Shown: positions 1 to 14,900, counted from the stretch's first letter. The stretch is DNA of 64,000 nt from Anaeramoeba ignava BMAN (GCA_028826165.1 JAPDFW010000053.1:310001-374000); one strand, 5' to 3'. The notes: a model not told the origin generated them from the sequence alone. Program-made: numbers and translations.

Positions 1-1
1 T

Positions 2-3000
2 AAATGTGATAAAGTCACTTTTAGATTATTCACAAATTTTTTCAATGTTTTAAAATATCAAATTGATGCATTAAAACTTTATGAATTTCTTGATCCAGAA
101 AAAGCAAGACAATTATTTAACAAACCCAAATTTGGAAAATTACTACAAGAAAAAATTTTGACATTTTCTTTGGAATCAATTTTCAAAATGATTTCTCCTT
201 CAGGTAATTGGATGAATAAACAAAATATCGCAAACTCAATTGAATTTGAAGATTTATTTCAAGGTTATAATCCAGAATTTTTATGGGAAGATCGAATAAA
301 ATATATTTTCTTGTTCATTCTTTCAAAAGAATTTAAAAAAGTAGAAAAAGTATTTATTTTAGGAGAAACTGAAAAATTAGCTAGAAAATGTTTCCATTCT
401 ACTTGGCACAAAAAACTTGAAGCAAATGATAAATTTACTTTCTTACAACCATTTTCAGAAGAAGCTAGAAAAGATGGATTTCAAAAGGAGTTTCTTGCTT
501 TAAAATCCTTAATTTTTAATGATATTGATATCTCAGAATTACAACAATTTCATAAAGAAAATAAATCGAATTATGCATTGACAAAAGACAATTTTTTTAA
601 AATGATATTTATTCAACAAAAATTAAATGCAAAACTTCCCGTTATTTTATTTGGAGAAACTGGATGTGGAAAAACTTCTTTAATCAAGTATTTATGCGAA
701 GATATTATGAAACAACAATTAAGAACTCTTCAAATTCATGGTAAAACTAAGAAGAAAGATATCATTAATTTTGTAAAGGAAGCACAAGAAGACGCAGAAA
801 AATCACAAGAAAAAATTCCCATTTTCTTTGATGAATTCAATACAGCTCCCAAAAAATGTATTATGCTTCTTAAAAGCATTTTTTCAGATAAAAGGATAAA
901 CGATATGAAAATTTCTGATAATATTAATATTTTTGCAGCAGGAAATCCTTATAGAGAAAGAGAAACAAAAACAGGAAATGATACTGAAGCAAGAGATGTA
1001 ATAATAGATTGGGGATTAAACGCTGATTTTGGTAATGGAAAAGAAGAAATAGAGAGATTAAAAAAAGCAATTTATCCAGTTCACACAATCCCTAATTCTT
1101 TTTTTGATAATATTTTTGATTATGGGAAATTATCAGAAAATTCAGAAGAATCATATATTCAAAAAATTGTGCAAAATAAAATTAAAAAAATAGAATTACT
1201 TCCTCAAGAAGTGGGAAATCTTAATAATTTATTTTCTAAACTTTTATTGGAATCTTATATTTATGTTCGCCAAAAATCAGATGATAAATTAAGTGCAGTT
1301 TCATTAAGAGATTCAACAAAAGTACTTATAATTTTCGATTGGTTTAGATCAGAAAAAATTACTGAAGACTTAATTGAAGAAAAAAGTAATTTTAAATACA
1401 TTCACCAATTTATCATTGCTTTATATCTTTCTTTTGGGTGCAGATTGGCCTTGAAAGAAAGAGAGAAATATTATGAATTACTTAAAAAGAAAATTAAAGA
1501 ATTCAAATTACCAAATTTACCAAAATTGGATATACCAAAAATTATTGAAAATTCCCAAACAAAACTTATGGATATTTTGAATATTGATTTTAAAGAATGG
1601 GATGTTGTATTGAATAACTCTTTGCAAGAAAATATCTTTTCAGTTTTTATTTCTTGTTACACACACATTCCTTTATTTTTAGTTGGTAAACCAGGCACTT
1701 CCAAAACAATTTCAATTGAAATTTTAATGCAAACATTAAGACCTCCAAAGAAAGCTAATAATTTCCTCGTAAATTATAATCTTCCAGCTTTGAAAGAATT
1801 CTTTATTCAATGTACACAACAAACAAAAGCTTCAGAAATAACAGAATTATTCAATCAAGCAAGAGAATATGCAAATAAATCAAGCATCACAGAAACTATT
1901 AGTGTTATTGTTCTGGATGAAGTATCTCTTGCAGAAGTAAGTCCTGATCTTCCGTTAACAGTTTTACATTTTGAACTTGAAAAAGCTGATAAAAAATTGT
2001 TGGATCAAAATAAATCATTTGAAAAAATAAAAGAAGAACTTGATGTTTCAGTTTTATTAGTTTCAAATTGGAAATTGGATCCAAGTCAAACAAATCGAGG
2101 AATGTTTATGAAAAGACTTGATCCTCAATTAGTTGAATTGAAATCTACAGCAAAAAAAATTCTTCTTCGTTTTAAACCAGATTTCCCTTCCAGTTTTGTC
2201 AAAAAAATAGCCAAAGTTTATCAACTTATTTTCAAACGCCAAACAAAAGAATTAAAGAAAAATTATTTTGGACTTAGGGATTTCTATTATTATCTTAAAA
2301 TGATTGGATTTAATTGTTCACAAAACGGTTTTTCTTACAATAACCCACACATGATATGGAATACAATTTATAGAAATTTTGGATCTAGACCTGACTTTCT
2401 CCAAAAAGTTATTCCAGATATTATCAAAATTCTTGGAATTAAAACACCAAAATATATACCATCATCAATCTCACTTATTAAACAAAATTTGTTATGTTCA
2501 ATTGTTGATTTGAAATTATTTCCTGAGAAAAAACTTCCTGAAAACATATTAAAACATCCACAAAATTTTTCTCGACATTTAATGATTCTTACAGAAAATT
2601 TATCAATTTTACCATTAATACTTTCCCAAATTGAAAAAGACACAATTGTTATTTTTGGTTCTCCATTTGCAGAAAGTAGAAAAACACACAGAATAGTGGA
2701 AAATCTAAAGAAAATTGAATTTGCAGTTTCAAAAGGAAAAACAATCGTTATTTATAATAATAATTATTTGTGTGAAATTCTATATGATTTGCTTAACCAA
2801 AATTATATACGTGAAAAAGATAAATTATTTGCTCGTATTTCATTTGGAGATGCAACAGAGAATATTTTAATTAACGAAAATTTCAGAGTGATTATGGTTA
2901 TTGATAAGAAACAAGCATACGAAAAGGAATTACCTCCCAATTTAAACAGATTTGAAAAACAATTAGTTTCGGCAAAAGATTTCATTTCTATAAATAAAAT

Positions 3001-6000
3001 CCATAATTTTGTTAAAAAACAAATTCATAAATTGGATCTAATTGAAGAATACACAGAAGAAAATATCAAAAAAAATGATTTGATTATTAATTATAATTCA
3101 GAAAATAACGATTTATTGAATTCACTTGGAGTAAAATTACAAAACAAATATCAACAAAAAAACGAATTTGATAATGAAATTGAGGAAGAAATACTTGAAA
3201 AGGAAGGCAAAGAATTATGGATGAAACTTTGCAAAACAGAGAAAATGATTCAACTTTTCCATTTAATACAAGAAAACGAAATAGAAAAAGAAAGAAAATA
3301 TTTGAAGCAATTTTGGGATGATTTTATTAAACAATATCATTTTGATTTCAAGAGTTTGTTTCAAGAAGAGATTTCCAAAAAGAATATCAAAAAAAGTATT
3401 GTATTAACATATTCAGTATTTAAAAAAAAAAACAAAAAGAATTTCCCAAGAGTTTATAAAGAAAATTCTAATGAAGAAAGTTATTATCCTGAAAATTATG
3501 ATAAACTTTCTGTTGATCTCTCAAAATATCATACCAGATAATGAATTGAAAACATATTTATCGGAAAAATGGGAAAAATATATTGATCAGAGAGATTTTG
3601 TTTTAGAAATTCACCATAATATAATTGATGAATCTTCATTTAATTTATTTAATCAAGTTAAATATTTAATAGAAAAATTAATACTAGATTACTATCAGAT
3701 AAATAAAGAAAGAAATGAAGTTATTAACAGACATCAAAGTGATATTGTGTTCTTTCTCCATTTAACAAGTACTGAACCAAGTAAATACTTCTATTATTTC
3801 TTTGATGATAATTGGGAAATTTATTACATCGATAAATTGAAACAGAAATATGAATTTGATTTAATTAAGATTGCAAATGAAAATTTAAATCTTAAGGATA
3901 TTTTCAATAATTTGAAAAATTCAAAATCAAATATTAAAGATTTGATAAATGAAATTACACCAATTGCAATATCACAATTTTTAGATCCTTACAAGTCAAA
4001 TTATAAGGAAAAGCTTGATTCGATTTCTAATTTACTAAAAAATGATGAAATTCAAGAAATTGTTTTAGAAAATGTTGAAAATATGATTGACAAAGGACAA
4101 GAAAAAGAATTTGAAATTTATAAATGGGATTTGAAAGAAATTCTTGAAAATCACAAGGGAAATACTTCTATTATTGATCATTCATTTAATACTTTCCGTG
4201 AAAAAATTACCAGAATTTTTGCCTTAATAATTAACAAATTAAGCCAAAATGGAAATTATAATCTTTTCAAAGAAACTGGAATTATTCATTATTTATGGTC
4301 TCGAATTATAAAAGAATATAAAATTCCGTATGATAACGTTTTTGATAAAGATCAATTTCACAATTCTGAATTTCCTTTTTCTTTCCTCATCTATTCCTCT
4401 ATTCAAAATACACACTCATATTCAAAAGACTCTTTCATTTATAAACTCATAAATGTTCCATTTAGTAAAATCCAAGAATTAAATGAAAATATTTCAGAGA
4501 AACAAAATATTCGAGATATTTCTATTAAATATTTTAATGATTTAATGAAATTTGAACTTGGAGAAAAAAAAGAACAATTATTGAAAGAAGGAATTAAATT
4601 TGATTATATTGATCTATTTGAAAAGTTTTCAAAACAAAATATTATTGATATTTCATTGAAAGATCTTCATAAAATCTTTTTACAAACAGTAAAACCTATT
4701 TTACACAAAATATTATCAATCAAATATTCATTCGATTTATTATCAAAGAAAGAATATTCTCAAATTGAACTTGATAAATCAAAAAATCTTTTCTCCCTCT
4801 TTTCAAATTATTTCAATATTTTGGAAAAACTTATTAAAGAAAAAGAAAAAGAAAAAGATATCCAAAAAATTGCATCTACTTTTATATCACACTCAAAACA
4901 AAATGTTCAAGATTTATTTTTAGATTTGAAATTAATTAAAATTTCAGAATCAGAAAATGATCAATTACCTAATTTAATTTCTAAATGGAATGAAATTTTA
5001 CTTTTAAGAGAAATATTTGTTGAAGTTCATTTTCCATTTCAAGAAAATCAATACATTGATACTATTCTTAAAGAAATTAAACCACATTTCAATTCTGAAT
5101 CTAATTTAGATGAAATATTTAATATATTTTGGATTAAACTTCCTAAACAATTATTAATTCAACAAAAAGTTCAAGATAATAATCAAATTTTAGATCAAAT
5201 TTCACAAGATGAAGTATTTAAAGACAAGAAAGAAGTTTATAAATCAATTATATTCATTTTTTATAATTTTGGTAAAATTCTTGTTCAACACATGATAAAT
5301 GATACTTCAAAAATTAATCAAATTGAAGAAATTTACAAGAAAATAATTAAAATTTTAATTTGGAAAGATAAAGATTTACCTAAATTAGATTTTGAAACAG
5401 AAGAATCTAAGTTTTTTAATTTCATGTTAAATTCATTAATTCGTGATTTGATTTTAAATTCTCAAAAAGATTTGAAAAACCAAAAAATTTACTTTAATAT
5501 TTTAGATGAGTTTTTGAAAGAAGTTGATTTAACAGAAGAAAATATTAATAATCAAATTGGAATTTCATGTTTAAAAATTTTGTTAAATCGAAATGAAATT
5601 AATTTAAAAATTAATGATGATAATAATGATAATAATGATAATAATGATAATAATGATAATAATGATAATAACGATAATGATAATAATGATAATGATAATA
5701 ATGATAATGATAATAATGATAATGATAACGATAATAATAATAATGAAAGTGAATATGAATATTATAGTTCTGATTATTTAAATGAAGATAAATTACAACC
5801 TCTTCCAGAAAAATTTTCATTAAAAGAAATTAATAATTTAGCAAATTTCAGAACATATTTAATTTATAATTATAAAAAAGCTGTGAAAGATATGGAGAAA
5901 GATTTCAAATCAGTAAAAGATGCAAGAAATTGGGTTATTTTGATACTAAAATCTATTTACCATAAATACAAACAAAACAAAGTTATTAAATTTATAAAGA

Positions 6001-8090
6001 AAAATCATCAACATTTACCAAGTAATTTGAATTTGATTAAGAATATTCGAAAATTAAAACCTGAGATTCCAAAATTTAGAATTAATAATGGAAAAGTATC
6101 AAATACAATATTAGATAACAACACAAACAAAATTATAAAAACAATCAAAAATGATCAAATTGTTCAAGCAATATTTGATTCAGTTGATATTGTTGAATCA
6201 ACAAACTTTCAACCGTTTAAGGATTTGATTTCTGATCCAATGTTTTTGGGAGGTAAGAACAAAGAAAAATTCAATTTGATAAATATAATTCATAAATCAT
6301 ATTGGCCTGGTATTCCAAATTATCCTTATTTCAATATGTTTCTCAATCAAAGTAACCAATGGTTTGGATGTGAAGCTCATAATACTTTTTGGTATTCTGA
6401 CAAAAATCAAAATCAAATGGATTGTCGGTATTGTAATATACCTTTTGGTATGTCAATCATGATTCCACAACCAAAACTTATTAAAGAAATTGATCAAAAA
6501 CTTCAAAATTTATCAGGTTATCATTGTTCAGTTCCAGAATTTGATACATTTAATATTCGTGAATTAGATCCAATATCTTATTTAATTTTAGTTATTTTTA
6601 CAAATTGCATTGTTCTTAGTATGAGTATTTCAGTAATAAATTTCAGAGAAAATATCCTTCATTTAATGAACTCACCAAAAACAAATGAAGAAGAGTTATA
6701 TAAAATTCTGAAAAATAATATTGTTAGATCCTTTGATAATTTGAAAGAAATTTTGAATTTATCAGATCAAGAAGTTTTTGAATTTTATTACAAAATTTTA
6801 ATTAAAATGAAAGAAGGAAAATATATAAAAGGAATACAATCTCAAACTATTAATCTTCAAAAGGAAGAAAAAAGAAATGAAATTGAGAAAAATTTCAATG
6901 AAATGATTAAAAACGAAAAAGATGGAATTTTAAAAGAAATTCGTAAAAACAGAAAACGAGATGTATTTGTTGATTTAGAAGAAAGGAAACTTCCTTGGCC
7001 TTTTATGGAATATCAAACAAAAAATTATCAACAATTTGTTTGCCTATTCAAAAGTAATGAAGAAAATAAGAAAAAGTATCCAATAATTTCATTTGTGAAT
7101 GAAAATCAACAAGAATTATCAAGACTTAAACTCTTTCCAGGATTTCTTAAATTTGCTTCAGCTATTACAAACAGATATCATGGAGAATTTTCACAAAGAG
7201 AAAGAAAAATAATTAATTTTATTGAAGAAAACAAAGAAAACAAAGAAAACAAAGAAATTGAAGAATGGTTTCAAGATTTTAAATCTTTATGGAATGATTC
7301 ATTAAATGATTTGAAGAAAATAGAAATTTACACAAACTTACCACAAGATTTCTTCACAAAAAATGTTATGAACAGACAAAAATCAATTGAAGAATGTTTG
7401 ATTTATAATAAAGAATCACCTGTTTCAATTTACAAAATTATCAAAACTTCAATTAAACATCATAATAATTTAATGAAAAAATTAATGGAAATTTTAAATT
7501 TCTCAAGTTATCAAAAATCTAATCAAGAAGAAAAAGAAAAACTTCATTTTCCTATTAATATCCAAGAATTTGAATCACCAAAAATTATCCATTTAGATTT
7601 TGATAAAATTACTCAAATTATTAATGATTATCAAGATGATCAAAAATTATTTGCATTTTTAGAAGAATATTTAATTGAAAGCTTAAATATTGAATTTAAA
7701 TCAAAAGAAATTTTACTTGAATTTGAACATTTCTTTTTCAATGATGATATTAACGAAAGAGTTAAAAGATTAAATAAAAGAGTTTGGAAATATGAAGCAA
7801 TACCTGATAAAATATGGGAAACAATTCTTGAAGAATTAAAATTAAAAAATTCAGTTGAAACTTTTTTCAATTTAATTAAAACAGTTATTTTTTCATGTTC
7901 TTTAACTGAATTTAAAGAAGTTGAATTACAAGACATTCCAAATACTCGTTTAATGGATTTTATTGATAAAAAACTTTCTTTAGAAAATGATCCAGATTTT
8001 CTTTTTTTCCAAAATTCCTCAAAATATTTTTCATTAATATTTTTAAAGAATATTTCAGATTTATATGAGAAACTTAAGAAAGAAATTTAA
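2..8090 (+). CDS. RNF213/mysterin-like giant AAA+ ATPase / E3-module protein (5' end outside window; one apparent frameshift near 3535)
   Basis: The frame is open from base 2. It has two AAA+ modules: Walker A GETGCGKT (~653) with Walker B FFDEFN, and GKPGTSKT (~1685) with VLDEV. RNF213-like motifs include LYDLLNQNY, LNRFEKQ, SNWKLDP and FGLRDFY. ORF 3471-8090 continues it in the +1 frame with an RZ-like Cys/His motif and RELDPISYLILVIF. Confidence 0.85.
5612..5744 (+). repeat. Coding GAT/AAT microsatellite (poly-N/D tract)
   Basis: gataataatgat repeats read in frame in the RNF213-like gene. Confidence 0.9.
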
Positions 8091-8357
8091 TTTTCAACAA
8101 CAATTTCTTTTCAATTCTTTTTTCAATTCTTTTTTTTCAATTCTTTTTTCAATTCTTTTTTTCAATTCCACTTTTTTTTCAATTCTTTTTTTCAATTCTT
8201 TTTTTTTCAATTCCACTTTTTTTTTCAACAACAAAAATTTAATAAAAAAAAAAACAAAAAGAATTTTGAAATATTTTAATGATTTTAAAAGAAAAGAAAA
8301 TAAAATTTAAAATCAAATAAATGATGAAAAAAAAAATATTGAAATTAAATCCAAAAT

Positions 8358-8515
8358 AGATTTAGATTTAGATTTAGATTTAGATTTAGATTTAGATTTA
8401 AATTTAGATTTAGATTTAAATTTAGATTTTGATTTAGATTTAGATTTAGATTTAAATTTAGATTTAGATTTAGATTTAGATTTAGATTTAGATTTAAATT
8501 TAGATTTAAATTTAA
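8358..8515. repeat. (GATTTA)n hexamer microsatellite
   Basis: Visible tandem hexamer just downstream of the minus-strand gene stop at 8527. Confidence 0.95.
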
Positions 8516-8526
8516 AAATTGATTTC

Positions 8527-11180
8527 TTAAAGATCAAGATTAATATCCTCCTTATCAGAAATAACACCTCTTCCTCCAGCCATTAAATCTCTTCCTGTAA
8601 TATACTCTGGACCTGGAAGAACAACTTTGATTTTATCTTGATAAAGTGAACCCTCAGAATAATCTTCCAATTTTTCATACAATTTATTCAAGTACTTTTT
8701 CTTAATTTTTTTCTTCAATCCATTTTCTTCCAAAAATTGTTCAAGATTGTCTCTGTCTTGAGGATGGTAACAAATAGCAGAGGGGAAACGGGGATTTAAA
8801 ATGGCATCAAAACCCTTAAACTTTTTCATCCAACCGTTATTTTGATAAAAATCATCCCAAAAAACGTACCAAAGAGCAACAGCAGGATGAGAATCATAGA
8901 AGGCGAGTTTTGAGTAAAGATAATTCAGACCTTCTTCATGAACTTCAGGAATTCTTGAGATTGCCTCGTCTGACTCGTGTTCTTGGAGATAAATGGTGAG
9001 ATTTTCTCTTGTGATTCTGTCGTTATTGAAAACAAAGAGCCAAAAACCGTTTGACAAAATGGTTTCTTGTTGAACACGTTCCTCGACCAATCCGTCTCTG
9101 TAAGCCTGGGATTCGTCAAGGAAACTCGGGAGGTTTTGTTGGATGAGCTTTTTGTTTTCGGGATGTTTAAGTAATCGTTTGAGTTCTGGTGTGTATGTGA
9201 AATCATCACGAATTCCAATTTCATTATGACCAATTGTTGTTTTTTCACCTTTAAATGATTCACCCGAATCATCATCTCCTACTCCATCTGTATATGATAT
9301 TGAAACGTTGAATCCTGCTGCCCAATCAACATCTCTGTTTGCCTTAACCGTCAAAACTCCGTATTTGAATGTGAATTTAACTGATGATTTCTTATTTTCA
9401 TCTTCGAATCCTTTTTTTGATTTTGAATGAGTTTCAACGTATTCAAAAAATACAGTTTCTCCGTTTAACGCACGGAGTTTCTGTCTGATTTTTCTTTTTT
9501 TGAGAACATCCTCCTCTCGATTTCTTCTGCAGAAGGAAACAAAAATTTGCTCAGGAATAACAGCAGGACCAGCATCATCATAAACAATTGTGCATTTAAA
9601 AGGAAATGGATCGATCCAAATTTTTCCGAAACAAGTTTTGCTTTTAAACTCATTGTTTTCATCGACACCGTCCCAGAAACCATCGACACCCTCGATAGCG
9701 CTCTGTATCCAAACGCGCTCACGAACAATTTCCTCATCGGGAGGTATCAGGGCTGATTTGTATTCCTCGTATCCGTGATATGACGCAATTTCCTTCATTT
9801 TTTTTAACCGTTCATATGCAGGAATCAAGTTTTCTTGATGAGACATCAACGATTCCCAGAACGGATGCCAAATGCGAAGCTTGCGTTCTTTTGCGAGATT
9901 GTAATCAAAATTTTTCTGTGAGAAATCAACTCTTCCAGTGCAATTTTTCCATTTCCTTTGACAGAACTTGAACGAGGCTATTGTGAGTAAGACCATCAAG
10001 AAAATATTCAGAGCATGAAGAATATTAAGGATGATTGAGTATGCAGAAGGGGCTGAAGAATCTGTGTATTTGGTTGCGAGAATAAGCCCGAAAATTACAG
10101 TAACAACAGTAGTAATTCTTGCACTTTGATCTATTTTATCGTCTTTATTGTCAATAAAAGGAGCTGAGAGGAAGGAGATGAGAGCGAACAACGAGACAAT
10201 TCCGAGGACGACTGAAATCTGTGCGATTTGGGAGGTAAAAGCAATCACAACAACGATAAGAAGAAGTTTAATAGCCATGATGATTGATTTGTAACCGGAC
10301 CATTTGCGCTCGTATCCCTTGTACACAAATTTATACGGGCACTTGTCTTTATCGAGATCACGTCGATACTCCACATCGGTGTATGCCTTCTCTTGTCCCT
10401 CCTGGTCAAATAATCTGGGCTGAGGCTTGTTGCGTTGAATCAACTTAAGCGTTAGTATCGGGAAATATATCGTGATTACAAGCATAATCAGGATTGCAAA
10501 TATTATGTGCACAATATGTACCGCATGCCAACACCCTCCTTTATCCTCAAATTGCGACTTATATGACTCTTTACTTTCGTCAGAATTCTTGTCGTAATAG
10601 GTATGATCTGGTGAATAACAAACAATAACTTGAAGCGCACTTCTTGACATTGGTAAATATAAAGAGATCAGAAGTGTAACCAATGCAGTTATCCACAACA
10701 GCTCCAATTTAGATCGATCCGTCCATGTTCGTGCTTCGTGTCCATCCAGTAAAGCTGCGGGATCTTTTCTTAATCTCACCCGAAAAAGAACAAATAAAAT
10801 CGCGCAAATCACCCATAGTATCCAAAACCACACAAGTGGTGTAACGTGAATGAAAGACAGATCAATTGACACTACTCCAGTAATCTTTCCCCATACAACT
10901 CCAAATCCCTTAGGCCATGCTATTCCACTGAAAAAAAGTCCTATAATCTGGAAAAAATCCCGAAAAATATCGAATTTAACAAAATCAAATGCCCAGCCTG
11001 CTGCTGCTACTAAGACCCCTAATACCTCAATAGTTTTTGTGTATACTTCTCCTACTTCATCCCAATTTGGTTGGATGCTCTGGAAGTTTGTTCGTTCAAA
11101 GAATTCGTTGAAGTTTGTGATTGACATTTTTGATATTTCTGATGTTGGGATTGTTATTTCTTGGAAGATGTTTGAAGTGT
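8527..11180 (-). CDS. Multipass membrane protein with TRP/PKD2-like TM region and large conserved-looking cytosolic C-terminal domain (main exon; upstream exon(s) probably at ~11740-11942)
   Basis: 866-aa ORF with about 8-9 hydrophobic helices and CPYKFVYKGYERKWSGYKSIIMAIKLLL, resembling TRP-like TM domains. The frame stays open to an AG acceptor at 11181-11182. Coding-like sequence (QNFGGFGGGDVRESLLSRNNEMDLNINQAVSPVIQ) and an ATG at 11942 lie upstream. Confidence 0.75.
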
Positions 11181-11204
11181 CTATTTATCAATTTAAATCA
11201 ATTT

Positions 11205-11670
11205 TTAATATTTAATTTAATTCAATATTCAATATTTAATATTTAATATTTAATTCTATTTAATTCAATATTCAATTTAATTCAATATTTAATATTTAAT
11301 ATTCAATTTAATATTTAATTCAATTCAATTCAATTTAATTCAATTCAATATTCAATTCAATTCAATATTTAATTTAATTTAATTTAATATTTAATATTTA
11401 ATTCAATATTCAATATTTAATTCAATATTCAATATTCAATATTCAATTCAATATTCAATATTTAATTTAATATTTAATTCAATATTTAATTCAATATTTA
11501 ATTCATTTAATATTTAAAACAATTCAATTTAATTCAATTCAATATTTAATATTTAATATTTAATTCAATATTTAATTCAATTTAATATTTAATTCAATTC
11601 AATATTTAATTCAATATTTAATTTAATTTAATTCAATTCAATATTTAAATCAATATTTAATTCAATTCCA
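11205..11670. repeat. Degenerate AT-rich repeat (TTCAATA/TTTAATA/TTCAA units), probably intronic
   Basis: G-free low-complexity tract between the acceptor at 11181 and the putative upstream exon. Confidence 0.85.
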
Positions 11671-11989
11671 AATGAAAAATTTAATGAGTCAATCTTTTTT
11701 TGATCAAATTTTCTTAATAAATAAATGAGAAATTTAAAATGAATTATTGATTTTTGAAACAAGCAAACTTTGAATAACAGGAGAAACTGCTTGATTAATA
11801 TTTAAATCCATTTCATTATTTCTACTTAACAAAGATTCTCTTACATCACCACCACCAAAACCTCCAAAATTTTGTATTTTGTCCTATTATTCAAGCAACT
11901 ATTTTTAATTCGAATTTGGTTATTCCATTGATTGTTTGCCATTTGAAAATTAAAAATAATTCAAAAATTTTTCATTTTTTTAATTTTCT

Positions 11990-14900
11990 TTCAAATTTAT
12001 TTACAAAAATTTATATTTACAATCCTTTATTTACAAACTTATTTATAAATTTAAATTTATTAAACTTATTTATAAATTTTATTTATAAATATTTACATAA
12101 ATTTATTTATAATATTTTATTTATAAATTTATTTACAATTTTATTTACAAAATTATTCAATTTTTTCAAATTTATTTATAATCTTTTTGATCAAATTTTA
12201 AATAAATGAGAAATTTAAAATACAAAGCAAATTGAATAACAGGAGAATTTTGATTAATATTTAAATCCATTTCATTATTTTATTTACAAATTTATTCACC
12301 AACCTTAACCTCCAAAATTTTATTTACAATTTATTGGAGCAACTATTTTTATTTCAAAATTTGTTTATGAATTTGGTTATTCCATTGATTGTTTTATTTA
12401 AAAATTAAAATTTATTCAAAAATTCATTTTCTTTTTTATAAATTTATTTATAAATAAATTACAAATTTATTTACAAATTTATTTATAAATTTATTTACAA
12501 ATTTATTTACAAACTTGTTATTTATAAACTTATTTATAAATTTATTTATAAATTTATTTTTACAAATTTATTTTACAAATTATTTTTGGTTTTTATTTAT
12601 TTATAAATTTATTTTTTACAAATTTAATTACAAATTTATTTATAAAATTTATTTACAACTTTATTTATAAATTTATTTAAATTTAAAAATTTATTTACAA
12701 ATTTATTTATAAACTTATTTACAAATTTATTTATAAACTTATTTATAAATTATTTACAAACTTATTTATAACTTTATTTACAAACTTATTTACAAATTTA
12801 TTTATAAATTTATTTACAATTTATTTATAAACTTATTTACAAACTTATTTATAAATTTATTTACAAATTTATTTACAAATTTATTTACAAATTTATTGTT
12901 TTAAATTTATTTACAAACTTATTTATAAACTTATTTGATAAATTTATTTACAAACTTATTTATAAACTTATTTACAAATTTATTTAAACTTATTTATAAA
13001 TTTAACTTATTTACAAATTTATTTTATAAACTTATTTATAAACTTATTTACAAACTTATTTAAATTTATTTACAAATTTATTTATAAACTTATTTACAAA
13101 CTTATTTTTAAAATTTATTTACACAATTTATAAACTTATTTACATAAACTTATTTACAAACTTATTTTATAAATTTATTTATAAATTTATTTATTTCAAA
13201 ATTTATTTACAAACTTTATTTATAAATTTATTTTAAATTTATTTATAAACTTATTTATAAACTTTATTTATAAATTTATTTATAAAATTTATTTACAAAT
13301 TTATTTATAAACTTATTTATAAACTTATTTACAAACTTATTTATAAATTTATTTACAAATTTATTTATAAAACTTATTTATAAATTTATTTAAAGTATAA
13401 ACTTATTTATAAATTTATTTATTTTATTTATAAATTTCGTTCTTTTATTATAAATTTATTTTACAAATTTATTTTACAAATTTATTTATAAACTTATTTA
13501 TAAATTTATTTATAAATTTATTTACAAATTTATTTACAAACTTGTTTATAAATTTATTTATAAATTTATTTTACAACTTATTTTAAACTTATTTATAAAT
13601 TTATTTATAAACTTATTTACAAATTTATTTATAAACTTATTTACAAACTTATTTACAAACTTATTTTATAAATTTAAAACTTAATACAAATTTATTTACA
13701 AATTTATTTTATAAACTTATTTACAAACTTATTTACAAATTTATTTATAAATTTATTTACAAATTTATTTACAAATTTATTTACAAATTTATTTATAAAT
13801 TTATTTATAAACTTATTTACAAATTTATTTACAAATTTATTTACAAATTTATTTACAAACTTATTTACAAACTTATTTATAAATTTATTTACAAATTTAT
13901 TTATAAACTTATTTATAAACTTATTGATAAACTTATTTATAAATTTATTTATAAACTTATTTACAAATTTATTTTACAAACTTATTTTACAAATTTATTT
14001 ATAAATTTATTTTATAGATTTAATTATAAACTTATTTATAAACTTATTTATAAACTTAATTATAAACTTATTTACAAATTTATTTACAAAATTATTTACA
14101 AAATTATTTATAAACTTATTTACAAATTTATTTATAAACTTATTTATAAATTATTGATAGATTTATTTACAAATTTATTTATAAATTTTAAATTTATTTA
14201 CAAATTATTTACAAACTTGTTTATAAATTTATTTTACAAATTTATTTTATTTATAAATTTATTTATAAATTTATTTTTAAATTTATTTATAAACTTAATT
14301 ATAAATTTATTTACAAATTTAATTACAAATTTATTTATAAATTTATTTACAACTTTATTTACAAATTTATTTACAACTTTATTTACAAATTTATTTACAA
14401 CTTTTATTTACAAATTTATTTACAAATTATTGATAAAATTAATTACAACTTTATTTACAAATTTAATTACAACTTTATTTACAAATTAATTTATTTATAA
14501 ATTTATTTATAAATTTATTTACAAATTTATTTATAAATTTATTTTACAAATTTATTTATAAACTTATTTATAAATTTATTTATAAATTTAATTACAACTT
14601 TATTTACAAACTTATTTATAAATTTATTTATAAACTTATTTATAAACTTATTTATAAACTTAATTATAAACTTATTTACAAATTTATTTATAAACTTAAT
14701 TACAAAATTATTTACAAATTTATTTATAAACTTATTTACAAATTTCAATTACAACTTTATTTACAAACTTATTTATAAACTTATTTATAAACTTATTTAT
14801 AAATTTATTTATAAACTTATTTATAAACTTATTTATAAACTTATTTATAAACTTATTTATAAATTTATTTATAAATTTAATTACAAATTTATTTATAAAT

